This document shows positions 54,801 through 64,000 of a DNA stretch of 64,000 nt, piece by piece. Both the position numbers and the translations under genes were made by a program. The notes under the pieces were generated by a model that ran no database searches, was not told the origin of the DNA, and saw only the letters and a program-made list of their open reading frames with translations. The first letter of the stretch is position 1. Every line of letters starts with the position of its first letter. The stretch is from the IMG/VR virus record IMGVR_UViG_3300039008_000031, positions 1 through 64,000 of that record. The stretch is one strand, 5' to 3'. Origin of the DNA: a virus.

Positions 54801-57800
54801 TTTACCCATCAGATCCATGACTACAGAGAACTTCTCCTGAGCCTGACGACCCTTGCCAAAGCTTTCAGGGGTGAGGTTCTCTACCACATATTCATGCGTC
54901 TTCTGGAGAACCAGAAGAGAAGCACTATCCAGTTTCATTTCCGTAGCCATCATCATGTGAGTAGCCAAGAAAATCTGTTGCTGCTCCGTAGTCATCGGGA
55001 AACCATTACGGTTCAGGTCGTCCATAGTTTTAAAAGCAGCATTGCTATAAGCAGGCAGCTTTTCACGCTGTACGAACGCATCAGTTTCATGGGATACTGC
55101 CAGAAGGTCACGAACCATCTGAACCCAATGATTGGTGTTGTTCGATGCCGGGGGGGTGATTTCTCCATCTGAATTGTCACCACCATTGTTGTTGCCGTTG
55201 TCCGAGGGGACTTCGTTGAGCACTTTGGTGTTGAAGACAAGATTGTCAAAGATGTTCTGAGGAACACCCCCCATAACCCGACGCATCAAAGCCACCACAG
55301 ACTTAACAATACCCACAAGAGTACGTGTTTTCGTTTCTTTCAGTGTCTTGATAAGATCTTTGTTGGTCAGGCCCCAAGCCATAAACTCATTCAGAGCAGC
55401 AGCTTTTGCAAATGTTGTTTCCTGTGTCTGATGCTGCAGGATCGCTGCACGAGCAGAATTGGCCCCTGCATTATCTACAGCCAATTCCATAAACTCATCC
55501 ATCAGCTTCTCAATACGAGAAACGGCATCATTCTTCTTGCCGCTATAATGAGCAAGCACAGTTTGGAAAGTGGCTGCATGGATCAGTTCATGAACCAAAG
55601 TCTCTGGATCCTTGGAAGTTGAGAAGATCACATTGTTGGCCACATCATAGTTGCCCTTACCTTCAAGGAATTGACCATCATCCGGGAAATTCTCCTGACG
55701 GTATTCATTGATCTGATCTACATCACCAATAATGATCTGAAGACCTGTAGGCAGCTTATCCTGAATAGCTTTGATCGACTGCTTCAGAGGACCAGACGCA
55801 TCTTTCAGAAGAGCAGACAAGGTAGCTTCCCCAGTGGAGATAACCAGTTCAGAAGGTTGTTCTTCCGTTTTGGTTTCTTCCACTTGGTTCAGTTCCTGAT
55901 GGATCAGCCGGTTAATCTCAGAACGAGTCAGTTTACCCCCTTCACGGGTAAAGCCCTCAGACGAACCTCCCATCTGATCAACAGTCAGTCCAATACGTTT
56001 GAAGACCGCTTTACGTGCTTTGTTCTGGCGGTGACGTTCTTCCAGATCAGCCATAAGGGCCTTTGCATCCTGGGCAGTTACAGAGCTGTTCTTGGACTTG
56101 CCTTGAACGTTGGTAAATGCCTGTGCCACCAGAGGATCATTACCTACATGGTTCAGGAAAGACTGGAAGTTTGTAACTGCCGAACCAAGAACATCACGAT
56201 CCCAAGAGGCCAGAACCTGTTGGTTTACATGTTGGGCGTATTCCTTAACTTTGTTAACCGGAACGTCGATACCATCAAAGATAGGCAGCGTGTCACCCAT
56301 GGCACCTTGAGAACCGTAAACAAGGTTCATCATCATGGCATCCCCTGTACCAATAACAGAGAACGGAATTGCCTTCACACCTGCTTCACCCGGAGCAGGA
56401 AGTGAAGACTTCTGACGAAGCTTCTCATTCATGTTGGAGGACAGAGTGTACGGAGACTGTTGGTTATCAAAACCAGCAATAGCAAGAGTCTGTTCATCCG
56501 ATGCAAAAACCGGAGCCAGAACCGAAACCTCTTTGACCACAGAGTCGTAATCACGCTTGCTCAAATTGGTAACGATTGCTTTGCCTTTCTTGTTCCGACG
56601 AACCTTCCCTTCTTTAGCACGTTGTTCTACCAGCTCTTCCAGCTTGGTTTGGAACACGAGACTCATGTACTCAGTCTGAACGTTAGAGGTGAAAACCAAG
56701 ACATCATTCAGTTGAGCGATCTTATCACCCAGAACTTCTTTGGCTGCATCAGACAAAACCTGACCCAGAGTCTGAGAGATATTCTTACGGAATTCTTCCA
56801 CAATGTGGGGTTGGAAGGTGAAACGACCATCTTCCAGATCAGCAGGAAGCTGTCCTCCGAACAGGATTTCAATGTCCTGTTCAAAATGAGGATAACCAAA
56901 AAACTCAGCCCGATCAGCACCTTCTGGCAAAGATGCAATTTTGGAATAAAATTCTTTGATCATATCGTCTGCAACCCCTTCACCAACACCTTTGACCCCA
57001 GAACCGTAGTTCACTTTGGTCATCGGGTTTTTAGCAGTGTTACGGGTCATTTCGACTTTACCATCTTCATTCATGGTAAAGTTACCAAACACAGCAGCAA
57101 ACCGTGCAGCGGCATACATACGCTGTTTATCCGCCTCTTTCCCTTCACGGGCCAGTTTAGCCATAAGACGTTCACCAGCACGAGAAACAGTCTCATACAG
57201 GTCAGTATTACCAGAAGAGAAGAACTCGTTCACAGAACCAAAAGAGGAACCAAGGAAGAAACCGATACGGTTGAAGTTATCAAAATCAGCCTGAGTGATT
57301 TCACCTTGTCCGAAGTTTACCATCATGTTGGCTGCACCATTGGTCAGACCATCCAGTTCAAAAGACAGGGAAGTACGGAATTCTTCCTTACCGTTCTCTT
57401 TGGCAAACTCCATCTCAGCTACAGCATGGATTGCAGCAAGCTGCTGCATCTCAATCTGGCCAGTCTCTTCAACGAGAGCTGCACCATCCATTTCTCCACC
57501 CCGGAGCCACTCTTTCACCATATCCACAGCACCTCGGTACTTGCCAAAGAACTGGTCTTGAACCGAAGCAAGAATATCGCTGTGATTTTTCTTCTCAACT
57601 TTGAACATGTCAGAAGCTTGAGCAACACCCAGCCAGAAACCATCCAAATCATTCATAGATACGGTGGACCAAGTGGGAGTAACCAGAGCACGAAGAACTT
57701 TGTTGGACTGAGGGTTCACACCTTTGAACTGGTGACGACCAACACGAGTGATCCCTACCGGGTAGTAAACCGGAGTATCTTCTTCAATCAGGTTAATAAC

Positions 57801-60800
57801 ATCCTGAGCATCCCGAATGTCTTTCTGGATCGAACGGTTCTTACCTTCCACAGAGATCAACAGGGATTGGTTGGTACCCTCCGAGACCTCTTGGTAGCCT
57901 AGCATATCTTCCAGAGCCTCACCACCCATTGCTTCGACCAGAGCGATACGCCCATGGTCAGCATAGTGAGGAGTGTCCTGCATCTTCTTAAGAGCAGTAC
58001 GTTCCAGTTTGGACAGAGCCACATCAGAGCGGTTCTGTGTATGGGATACGGTATGGATTTTCTCTCCAACCGAAGGTTTCTCACCCCGATCACCGGTCAG
58101 AAGTTCACGAGCAGTGGTAATCGTATCTTTGGTTGAGCTGTCCTTAATCTGTTGCTGGATCTTCTCCAGACCTTTCACGTTGATCGTGTTAGTGGTTGTA
58201 GGGTTGCCTTCAGCATCTTTGGTTTTCAGAGTAACCACTTCAATCAGATCAGTATTGTCAGCAATGGTAGATACCATCTCTTTGACAACACCTTCAATGA
58301 TACCTCGGGATTGTTCCAGAGGAGCATCCACATTCACACGAGCACCAATGAAGTCCATGGCAGAGCGGGCAATTTGCTCCATAGCCTGTGCAGGAGGAAC
58401 ACCATACAAGATGTCCTCAAGGTTCTCTTGGTTCACGTCGTTCTCAGACAGACCCAGAGTCTCAAGGGTCTCGTCAATACGAGAAGGGTCGGTAGCTGTG
58501 ACAGTGGTAAGCCAATCTACAACTGCCAGACCAACCATCTCGACCATATCCTGATCATATTGACCGTCTTCATTCACCATAGCGGTGTTACGGAATTTCA
58601 TCAGAGCAGTGAGGTTGTCACCATCTGCCAGAGCCTCTGTCACAGTCCGCTTGTCCTTGGAACTGATAGTTACCTGAGTCAGACGACGGTTCATACGTGT
58701 GATAACCGGCTTCAACAGTTTCTGTGCAAAATTCGTGTAGGCTTGGGAAACGTTCCCGTTCTCAGCAACCACATCCATAAACTGTGACATATTTGTCACA
58801 TCTTGGGTTGTCAGGATGTATGTTTCCGAGAAGGCTTCCGTTGGGCCAGAGACTCCCTGATCTGTTTCAATTCTTTCCTGCGTCTCTGCCTCTTTAGATC
58901 CTGCCACGCTATCATCCCGATCCCCAGTGCCATCACCAGTATCGTCATCAGCCCCGTGAGTATCAGAATCTTTAGCATCACTTGCCTCCTCTTGCTCGGC
59001 CACTTCTGTCGCTGGCGCGTCAGAAGCATCCTCGACAATCGTTGTGTCGTCGGTGGTCAGGGTAACAATCTCAGGGATTGTCATACCCTCAAACAGCTCA
59101 GGGAAGCTTTCCTGAACCAACGAAAGAACTTCAGTGGTCATCCGTGCATCATTAGCCACAGTCTCTGCAAAGGCCACAGATTTCGGGCTACCAGAGTGAT
59201 AGGCCATCGGAGCTGCATTACCAGTTGCACCGGGCTGGATGAACTTCACACCACCTGCAAGGCTTACGAAAGGAATGGACGGACCTTTGCCATTACGGTT
59301 CTGTTCCTTGGATGCCTTCAGAGCACCTACTTTGTTATTCATATGGATAGCAAAGTTGACGAACTGTTTAGCCAAAGACTGAGCAGGGATTGCCACACCA
59401 TCTGCACCAACAAACGTTCCATCAGGGGATTGTGCAGCAGTGAAGATGTCGGCAGCAAAGTCATTCACCGAACGAAGGTTTTTGCCTACGGCATCTCTGA
59501 AACCAGAGATAGCAATGGAGCGGCTGGTTTCATCAATGGTCAGAGCAGCAGGCAATTTCGAAGGGTTAGCCTGATAAGCGGGCTTCTTCGACAAAGCAAT
59601 GCGTTCACGACTGGAAATTTCAACCTGTTCTTCGACGTGGGTACCAATAGCCAGAGCAATCTTCTGTGCCTGACCAAGGATGCGAACATCTTCAGCAGAC
59701 AGATCAGAAGGAGCCTGTTCAAGGATCTTCCCTACAAATTCAGGGTTAACGTTTGTGGGATTGGTTTTGGCAACCTGTACAGCAGCAGATACCGAGTTCT
59801 CATTGACCTCAGTTTCAACAGTCTGGAGTTCGTTCAGGTCAACCTTACGAGCAGCCTTCATGACCTTCTGAACATCAGGGGACTGAACCAAGGAAGCAAT
59901 CTCACGCTGAACCTGTTTAGGCATTGTAGGAGCTGCATTGGACAGAGTTTGAAACTGGTTTTCTGCATACAGAGTTTCAGCCGGAGTCAGCTTATTAACC
60001 CGGACCTTCCCTTCAGACAGGGTACGAGCAACACCGATAGCATTGGAGATCGGAGAAGCAGTCTCACGAGAGAATTCCCCGAAGACTTTAGGAACCGAAA
60101 TACCATCAGCCTGAGAAGCCATTTGTTGGAAGGAAGCAGTGTTAGCTTCTTCACTTTCCAATGCTTTCTTGGTTGTGGCAGCCAGACGAGAAGCCTGAAT
60201 GACCAGTCCTTTGCGTTTCTCTTTACCTTGGGTAGCAAGATCAGACACAGCATTGGTGATAGGGGCAGCAGCTTCAACAACCGGCTGGGCCTTGTCAGCA
60301 ACGATTTCAGCAGCCTGACGGGTACGTTGAACAACTGGGGTAACAACAGGAGCAGCTTTCTCTACAACCGCTTCTACGGCTTTAGCACCGGTGCTGATTG
60401 CTTGTCCTGTAGCTTTTGCAGTTGTGGCAGCCCCTTCACGAACAAGAGGACTTTTTGCAGCTTCTACAGCTTGTTTGGTTACAGCACCTGCAACAGAGGC
60501 AGCAGCTTTAGGGGAAGTAGTAACCCCTGCCATACCAACACCACCGATAGCACCTGTGGCCAACTCCTCACCCACACCTTCATGGATGAGACGTTCATCG
60601 TCTACGTTATCACGAATAGCAATATTTTGGGTAAGGCCACTGGTACCTCCTTGCAGAGCTTCTTCCACACCTTGGGAGATAACAGAACCCGGACCTGCAC
60701 CAAGAGGGGAACGTTCAAACTTACCTCCTACCAGACCCAGAGAAGATGAAATGGGAAGTTGACGAATAAACGCCATCTCTGCAGTTGCAGAGGCAAAACT

Positions 60801-61790
60801 GCGTTGTGCTTCTTCAGGAGAAACACCTTCTTCAATCATTGCACGATACTGAGCAGAACCAGACATCAGTTTGTCATGGGACATTGCCATAACTTCATTG
60901 ATGGTCTGAGAGTACGTACCAGAGGCTTCAGTGACACCTACACCTGCAGCAGTACCCAAGGTCTGTGCAACCGTATGTGCAGTCTTGTTCGCAGTAACCT
61001 TGGCTGTAGCAGCAGTTGCCAGTTTGGACACACCAGAGGCAATCTTAGCCGAAGGGATAAGGGAACCAACACCTTCTGCAATAACGTCACCAGTGATTGC
61101 AGCATCATTAAGAATACGACCACCTGCATTTACTGCATCTCGACCAATGGCACGAACAGCAGCTTCAAAAGGATCCATACCTGTTTGTAGATCTTCCTGA
61201 AACTCTTCTTGGCTATCCATAGCATCCAGAGCACTTTCAATTGCTTGGAGTCCACGACGTTCCTGAAGTTCAGTAGAGGCAAAGCTTTTGATGCCTTCTA
61301 CAGCTTCTGCTGTACCTTGAGAGACGGCAATAGAAGCATCCCGAAGACCTGTGTTCTCTTCATCAAAGAACTCGTCTACAGCACCACCAGCTCCCAGAAG
61401 CAAGGAAGAGGAACTCCCTACCAAACCAGTAAGACCTGCAGCAGTAGTACCAGCCGTATCACCAGCAACTTGTCCAGAAGAACGCTGCTGTTGACGGATA
61501 CGATTCACATTGGAAATACTGTCTTGGATACGAAAACGGTTGTTTGCAACGTCTTCGTCATATTTCTGGACCAGCTCACCGTAGGACAGATCCATAAGAT
61601 CAGAACCAAAACCCTCAGTAGCGAGGCGGTTTCCTCGATCTTCGGCTACAGCAAGGACATCAAGAGCATCCCGGTTTTGAAGGAAATCTTTGATAATATC
61701 CCCACCAGAAGCAGGAGAAGGAGCTGCATCTTTTGCAGCTCCTTCAACGGAAGTTCCCGGTACGATTGAGTCAAGATTAAATCCAGCCAT
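51897..61790 (-). CDS. Virion-encapsidated giant RNA polymerase (N4 gp50-like vRNAP)
   Basis: The product is about 3297 aa from ATG 61790 (MAGFNLDSIVPG...). The tracked start at 62093 would overlap the upstream gene by 269 nt. T7-like motifs occur with N4-like spacing: A is SFELDGLTNGAANMM, B is RNTAKNPMTKVNYGSG, C is LPIFDGIDVP. Confidence 0.9.
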   Translation of the reverse strand: MAGFNLDSIVPGTSVEGAAKDAAPSPASGGDIIKDFLQNRDALDVLAVAEDRGNRLATEGFGSDLMDLSYGELVQKYDEDVANNRFRIQDSISNVNRIRQQQRSSGQVAGDTAGTTAAGLTGLVGSSSSLLLGAGGAVDEFFDEENTGLRDASIAVSQGTAEAVEGIKSFASTELQERRGLQAIESALDAMDSQEEFQEDLQTGMDPFEAAVRAIGRDAVNAGGRILNDAAITGDVIAEGVGSLIPSAKIASGVSKLATAATAKVTANKTAHTVAQTLGTAAGVGVTEASGTYSQTINEVMAMSHDKLMSGSAQYRAMIEEGVSPEEAQRSFASATAEMAFIRQLPISSSLGLVGGKFERSPLGAGPGSVISQGVEEALQGGTSGLTQNIAIRDNVDDERLIHEGVGEELATGAIGGVGMAGVTTSPKAAASVAGAVTKQAVEAAKSPLVREGAATTAKATGQAISTGAKAVEAVVEKAAPVVTPVVQRTRQAAEIVADKAQPVVEAAAPITNAVSDLATQGKEKRKGLVIQASRLAATTKKALESEEANTASFQQMASQADGISVPKVFGEFSRETASPISNAIGVARTLSEGKVRVNKLTPAETLYAENQFQTLSNAAPTMPKQVQREIASLVQSPDVQKVMKAARKVDLNELQTVETEVNENSVSAAVQVAKTNPTNVNPEFVGKILEQAPSDLSAEDVRILGQAQKIALAIGTHVEEQVEISSRERIALSKKPAYQANPSKLPAALTIDETSRSIAISGFRDAVGKNLRSVNDFAADIFTAAQSPDGTFVGADGVAIPAQSLAKQFVNFAIHMNNKVGALKASKEQNRNGKGPSIPFVSLAGGVKFIQPGATGNAAPMAYHSGSPKSVAFAETVANDARMTTEVLSLVQESFPELFEGMTIPEIVTLTTDDTTIVEDASDAPATEVAEQEEASDAKDSDTHGADDDTGDGTGDRDDSVAGSKEAETQERIETDQGVSGPTEAFSETYILTTQDVTNMSQFMDVVAENGNVSQAYTNFAQKLLKPVITRMNRRLTQVTISSKDKRTVTEALADGDNLTALMKFRNTAMVNEDGQYDQDMVEMVGLAVVDWLTTVTATDPSRIDETLETLGLSENDVNQENLEDILYGVPPAQAMEQIARSAMDFIGARVNVDAPLEQSRGIIEGVVKEMVSTIADNTDLIEVVTLKTKDAEGNPTTTNTINVKGLEKIQQQIKDSSTKDTITTARELLTGDRGEKPSVGEKIHTVSHTQNRSDVALSKLERTALKKMQDTPHYADHGRIALVEAMGGEALEDMLGYQEVSEGTNQSLLISVEGKNRSIQKDIRDAQDVINLIEEDTPVYYPVGITRVGRHQFKGVNPQSNKVLRALVTPTWSTVSMNDLDGFWLGVAQASDMFKVEKKNHSDILASVQDQFFGKYRGAVDMVKEWLRGGEMDGAALVEETGQIEMQQLAAIHAVAEMEFAKENGKEEFRTSLSFELDGLTNGAANMMVNFGQGEITQADFDNFNRIGFFLGSSFGSVNEFFSSGNTDLYETVSRAGERLMAKLAREGKEADKQRMYAAARFAAVFGNFTMNEDGKVEMTRNTAKNPMTKVNYGSGVKGVGEGVADDMIKEFYSKIASLPEGADRAEFFGYPHFEQDIEILFGGQLPADLEDGRFTFQPHIVEEFRKNISQTLGQVLSDAAKEVLGDKIAQLNDVLVFTSNVQTEYMSLVFQTKLEELVEQRAKEGKVRRNKKGKAIVTNLSKRDYDSVVKEVSVLAPVFASDEQTLAIAGFDNQQSPYTLSSNMNEKLRQKSSLPAPGEAGVKAIPFSVIGTGDAMMMNLVYGSQGAMGDTLPIFDGIDVPVNKVKEYAQHVNQQVLASWDRDVLGSAVTNFQSFLNHVGNDPLVAQAFTNVQGKSKNSSVTAQDAKALMADLEERHRQNKARKAVFKRIGLTVDQMGGSSEGFTREGGKLTRSEINRLIHQELNQVEETKTEEQPSELVISTGEATLSALLKDASGPLKQSIKAIQDKLPTGLQIIIGDVDQINEYRQENFPDDGQFLEGKGNYDVANNVIFSTSKDPETLVHELIHAATFQTVLAHYSGKKNDAVSRIEKLMDEFMELAVDNAGANSARAAILQHQTQETTFAKAAALNEFMAWGLTNKDLIKTLKETKTRTLVGIVKSVVALMRRVMGGVPQNIFDNLVFNTKVLNEVPSDNGNNNGGDNSDGEITPPASNNTNHWVQMVRDLLAVSHETDAFVQREKLPAYSNAAFKTMDDLNRNGFPMTTEQQQIFLATHMMMATEMKLDSASLLVLQKTHEYVVENLTPESFGKGRQAQEKFSVVMDLMGKTKNKEGISDAVAVLLALSQTSKTFRNALDQLETMPEQAHTQDLNGRLTQAVSFLMRKVTGSIDTAGKSSKEVLDALDYSIVRMDLQKEFTGLQTIGRGLDIADTTMKDAFSSLAGFVSDQNQQLQESEHHKLTKGLGNTVSLAANLLDSDRAAITAEGAKALTHSGIPLEGILTPVRELVSEVVGTDASNKNLVALLDKTNHAVSAARQAFREDLPVILQNGFTTHPDASQWKSMFNTLAKTDIQALTSLGSLNKVFRFVSEKGIRNKEIARLEQDIRDEYLPYVAQDVLDKAEQLAAYMNGQGAGHNLLRNAYAIDQMVDGDPKPHMIGTIDQLVSLYALRDMDPDMREQTVEMYQNEPKAVANLVAYMQHLNAQEDAKDISEKARLNGYKGYVPNHGKKDVRIEIKPTDYANQLKAEGYTELAPATAEDASIFSKSYFVNTAKTQGNYSQGIIQQAQLTYRGVDVDTGLTVNGTTSGIITGEAKDQILKDVEADEVKAKETLTPIFDENGEVEAFERAINPDILDRIMEPDENLALMLGSWAGRQVEETAAKEYNKAVVDELKSIYDNREPGTDNQFINIADPDLKDEIYKETYRVIPIQTKNYIASQFGEQFWVRKDHINLALGYREASVVDMWSGKTRLPKSVQNTVTGVTTMFFGDKALKVVGSFETGAQQLISSAKDIIVVRSMVVPMMNLKANVIQLTTRGVPTKQVYKGFREKLAEVEKYNQNVKEKIELEARVRLAGVGSNRAKVLEQRIQSLDDLNARMSIAPLIEAGAYKNLSEGLTDLDVELTSGNLGDWVEQTAERILPAKVNTVVQYGLVGKSTALYKGLNRAVQYGDFLAKAIYYDHLIAKGFDHDTAIAKMNEEFVNFSVLPGRTRSYLEGVGGTWFFAFKLRIAKIAMQHLRENPVRAFVTGGLTEDSPIQDNIFSVIADDKLGYSMGYEMLFGAPELNPWVNAADWANK

Positions 61791-61824
61791 ATTAAACCAT
61801 CCTAACGGTTTATCTGGCCCTTGA

Positions 61825-63966
61825 TTAGTTATCTTGAGCGATAAAAGGTGCCAGAAGTATTGCCTTCTCCCTGTTGGACAGGGAAGCGTCTGCATTGATG
61901 TGTCGCACAATTTGACGTTCGAGAGCAACCCTTTCTGGAGATCCTTGGGGAGTATCTTGCAAACGAGACAAATACCCAGTGCTTTGTAGATACTGAGTAG
62001 CCTCCTGACGAACAACTTCACGAAGTTCAGGAGTGGTTGCTCCTTCAACTTGAAGAGCCTTTGCCAGTCGATTTGCACTCGTAAGCACTTCACCTTTTTT
62101 CACAACATCAGCAATGAAGTCTGCACCAGAACGTCGATCAGTGATCGGGTTATCTTGGGCAAAAGACAAAATCTGAGACTGAACACGAGCAATCTCTTGG
62201 TTCAGTTCAGGAGAGTTATTCCCCCGTGCCTGACGTGTACGAAGCTGGTTAAGCTGGGTTTCCAGGTTTTCCAGTCTCTTGCGCTGTCGAGTACCGTAAT
62301 CACGACGTTCTCGATGACGACCAAGAGCCTGTTGGGACATGTTCGCACGAATATACTCTGCAGCACGTTCAGAAGACAGAACATTGGCCCAAGTGTTCAC
62401 CCCAGAAGGATCAGACTGGTAAGTCTCCCGGAGAGCAACTGCAGCAACTTCAGGGGTAACACCCGTAGCCTGAGCCAGAGAGTTAATCTGGTTTCGGACA
62501 TCATTCTTATCAATTGCCTCGGAACTAATACCCAGCTGATTAAGCAGAGTCCCTGCAGGATTCTCAACAAAAGCAGGTACTTCATTCAACAGACGTTCCT
62601 GAAGAGTAGCCTTGATAGCAGTAGAGGTGTCTTGATTGTAGCCAGACACAGCTCCAGCAATTGCCGGGTCTTCTGCAATAGAAGGAGTAGTTGCCTGAAG
62701 CACAGCCTCTGCAGCTTTATTCGAACGATCCAGAGCAGCAAGTTGCTGGTTGGGGGTAAGGTTCGAAACAGCCGAAAGAACGTCCTGACCAACAGCCTGT
62801 GTGCTGAGATTATCAGGATCCCGCCCAGCAGAAAGAATAGCAGCAGCTACTTGGTTAGAGGCATCTTGTTTTGCAAGATCATCAATTCGAGCCTGACCAA
62901 CATTCTGAGCTTTAATCAGAGGAGCCAGTTGAGCCTCAATCTGAGCAGGAGTGAACTGACCACTATCCACAAGTTGTTGACGTACAGCAGCAATTTGATC
63001 AGTAGCAGAACCGCCTCCATAACCACGGTAAGCACCGGTGTTTCCTTTGAATGTCTGTCCAGAAGCAGAACCAAAGAAATGATCACCATCAATCTTACGG
63101 AAGCTATCATTGCTCCAAGAAGGAACACCAGACACGGCGGGAATGACTGCGTAGTAGTTCAATGCACCACCAGTACGGTCTTGGTAATCCCCACGAAGAA
63201 TTGCATCAGCAGCGTCCATAGCTTGTTTGCTTGGTTGGAAGGACATATTTTGCCCTTGTTCACCACCTGCATAACCAGTGACAGAGTTCCAAGCAGAAAA
63301 CTGGCCCGGCTGCATGATTACACCTTCAATAGAGCCATCACCAAACTTACCAGAAGCAGCTCGGTTACGGATCACAGATCCGACATCAAGCATACCTTCG
63401 TAACCTTGGTTTCCTGCTTCAGCCTGAAGAGTACGAGCAAGCATAAGACGAGTATCCGCACCCGGATCACCTCGACCGTACTGACGACCAGTAGCAGCAG
63501 CTGTAGAAGCAATTCCTGCAACTCCCCGAAGAGCATCACGAGAAGCAATGCTATCGGCATACTTTGCAGCATTCCGGCCTTCTACAGCTTGGGCAATGGC
63601 AGTACGTGCTCGTTGTCCTGCAGTGCTGGCCCGAGTACCCTCAATATTGGCACGAGACTGACCATACCCCAGAACAGTGTCCCGGAGATTGAATACACGA
63701 TCTCGCATACCCTGAGAGATATTACGGCCTTCCAAGGCACCTGAATTAAGAAAGGAAGCAAGTTTGTCTTCACTGTCGATAGAGGCAATCTCTGTCAGCA
63801 GTTCGTTATCTGCCTTCTCTTCCTGACCAGTACGATACTGGGCCAGAACATTGTTGGCATTTTCAAAAGCACTGTTGAAGGCTTGGTTTGCATTAGCCAG
63901 AATTGCAGAAGTCCCCCGAAGATCGGGGGCAGCAATCTGACGCCATTGTAGACGATTATCAGCCAT
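61825..63966 (-). CDS. Virion protein with a SleB/Hydrolase_2-type cell-wall hydrolase domain
   Basis: The central segment MLARTLQAEAGNQGYEGMLDVGSVIRNRAASGKF...GVIMQPGQFSAWN...ALNYYA fits the SleB pattern. It is flanked by Ala/Gln-rich regions and lies directly upstream of the vRNAP gene. Confidence 0.65.
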   Translation of the reverse strand: MADNRLQWRQIAAPDLRGTSAILANANQAFNSAFENANNVLAQYRTGQEEKADNELLTEIASIDSEDKLASFLNSGALEGRNISQGMRDRVFNLRDTVLGYGQSRANIEGTRASTAGQRARTAIAQAVEGRNAAKYADSIASRDALRGVAGIASTAAATGRQYGRGDPGADTRLMLARTLQAEAGNQGYEGMLDVGSVIRNRAASGKFGDGSIEGVIMQPGQFSAWNSVTGYAGGEQGQNMSFQPSKQAMDAADAILRGDYQDRTGGALNYYAVIPAVSGVPSWSNDSFRKIDGDHFFGSASGQTFKGNTGAYRGYGGGSATDQIAAVRQQLVDSGQFTPAQIEAQLAPLIKAQNVGQARIDDLAKQDASNQVAAAILSAGRDPDNLSTQAVGQDVLSAVSNLTPNQQLAALDRSNKAAEAVLQATTPSIAEDPAIAGAVSGYNQDTSTAIKATLQERLLNEVPAFVENPAGTLLNQLGISSEAIDKNDVRNQINSLAQATGVTPEVAAVALRETYQSDPSGVNTWANVLSSERAAEYIRANMSQQALGRHRERRDYGTRQRKRLENLETQLNQLRTRQARGNNSPELNQEIARVQSQILSFAQDNPITDRRSGADFIADVVKKGEVLTSANRLAKALQVEGATTPELREVVRQEATQYLQSTGYLSRLQDTPQGSPERVALERQIVRHINADASLSNREKAILLAPFIAQDN

Positions 63967-63978
63967 GTCGATTACCTC

Positions 63979-64000
63979 TTACAGACGGTTCTTTTCCAGA
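63979..64000 (-). CDS. 3' end of a further minus-strand gene (only 7 codons in the window)
   Basis: The in-window sequence reads ...LEKNRL* with TAA at 63981-63979, 12 nt upstream of the next ATG. It cannot be assessed further. Confidence 0.3.

Noticed and set aside
52938-60749. Plus-strand ORFs of 744, 244, 480, 211 and 648 aa inside the vRNAP gene, plus a 564-aa ORF at 62050-63744.
   Set aside because: The longest (the 744-, 648- and 564-aa ORFs) were checked and are codon-aligned antisense to the sense gene. All show the same low-complexity Ser/Arg/Cys-rich composition with no ribosome-binding sites. The sense strand carries clear RNAP and SleB motifs.
61791-62093. A 101-codon N-terminal extension of the vRNAP ORF as given in the track.
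   Set aside because: It would overlap the upstream 713-aa gene by 269 nt and reads as a Leu/Lys/Cys-rich out-of-frame translation. ATG 61790 lies 34 nt after that gene's stop and begins a plausible sequence (MAGFNLDS...).
1-64000. A search for CRISPR arrays, integrase or repressor (lysogeny) genes, transposases, rRNA, and long direct or tandem repeats.
   Set aside because: None was seen by eye. The only mobile-type gene is the free-standing HNH endonuclease at 35322-35654.

Overview
This window reads as most of an N4-like (Schitoviridae-type) podophage genome, apparently from a circularised assembly. Three strand blocks are visible. (1) 1-9654, minus strand, late genes: portal (cut by the window edge), a spanin/endolysin/holin cassette, a gp67-like protein, large terminase, a gp69-like protein and a beta-helix tail fibre. 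(2) About 9.98-51.2 kb, plus strand. It opens with small early ORFs separated by hairpin-rich spacers. It then carries the two-subunit T7-like RNAP II, an AAA+/vWA pair, dCTP deaminase, a dNMP-kinase::ThyX fusion, MazG, thioredoxin, rIIA/rIIB, an HNH endonuclease, class II RNR, a Dda-like helicase, family-A DNA polymerase, a PD-(D/E)XK nuclease, primase, a Sak4-like ATPase, SSB and a RusA-like protein. (3) 51.9-64.0 kb, minus strand: the giant virion RNA polymerase (about 3297 aa) and a SleB-domain virion protein. The thioredoxin + class II RNR + ThyX + MazG combination resembles marine Roseobacter N4-like phages; this is inference, with no database search run. The items most worth following up are listed here. 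(a) The DNA polymerase is split into two ORFs by a three-domain gene ending in a DUF2829/Tad2-like domain. (b) A 720-bp ORF-free, hairpin-dense spacer lies between the converging blocks and may encode a large ncRNA. (c) A lower-GC tail-fibre-like module sits on the early/middle strand. (d) Candidate vRNAP hairpin promoters carry 3-nt TTC loops. (e) A TTGGTTT / AAACCAAGG inverted motif pair frames many 5' UTRs. (f) SSB-tail-like LFD peptides are repeated in the neighbouring RusA-like protein. All functional calls rest on motifs read by eye and on N4 synteny. Start codons were refined by hand from the ORF track, which also uses TTG/GTG starts.
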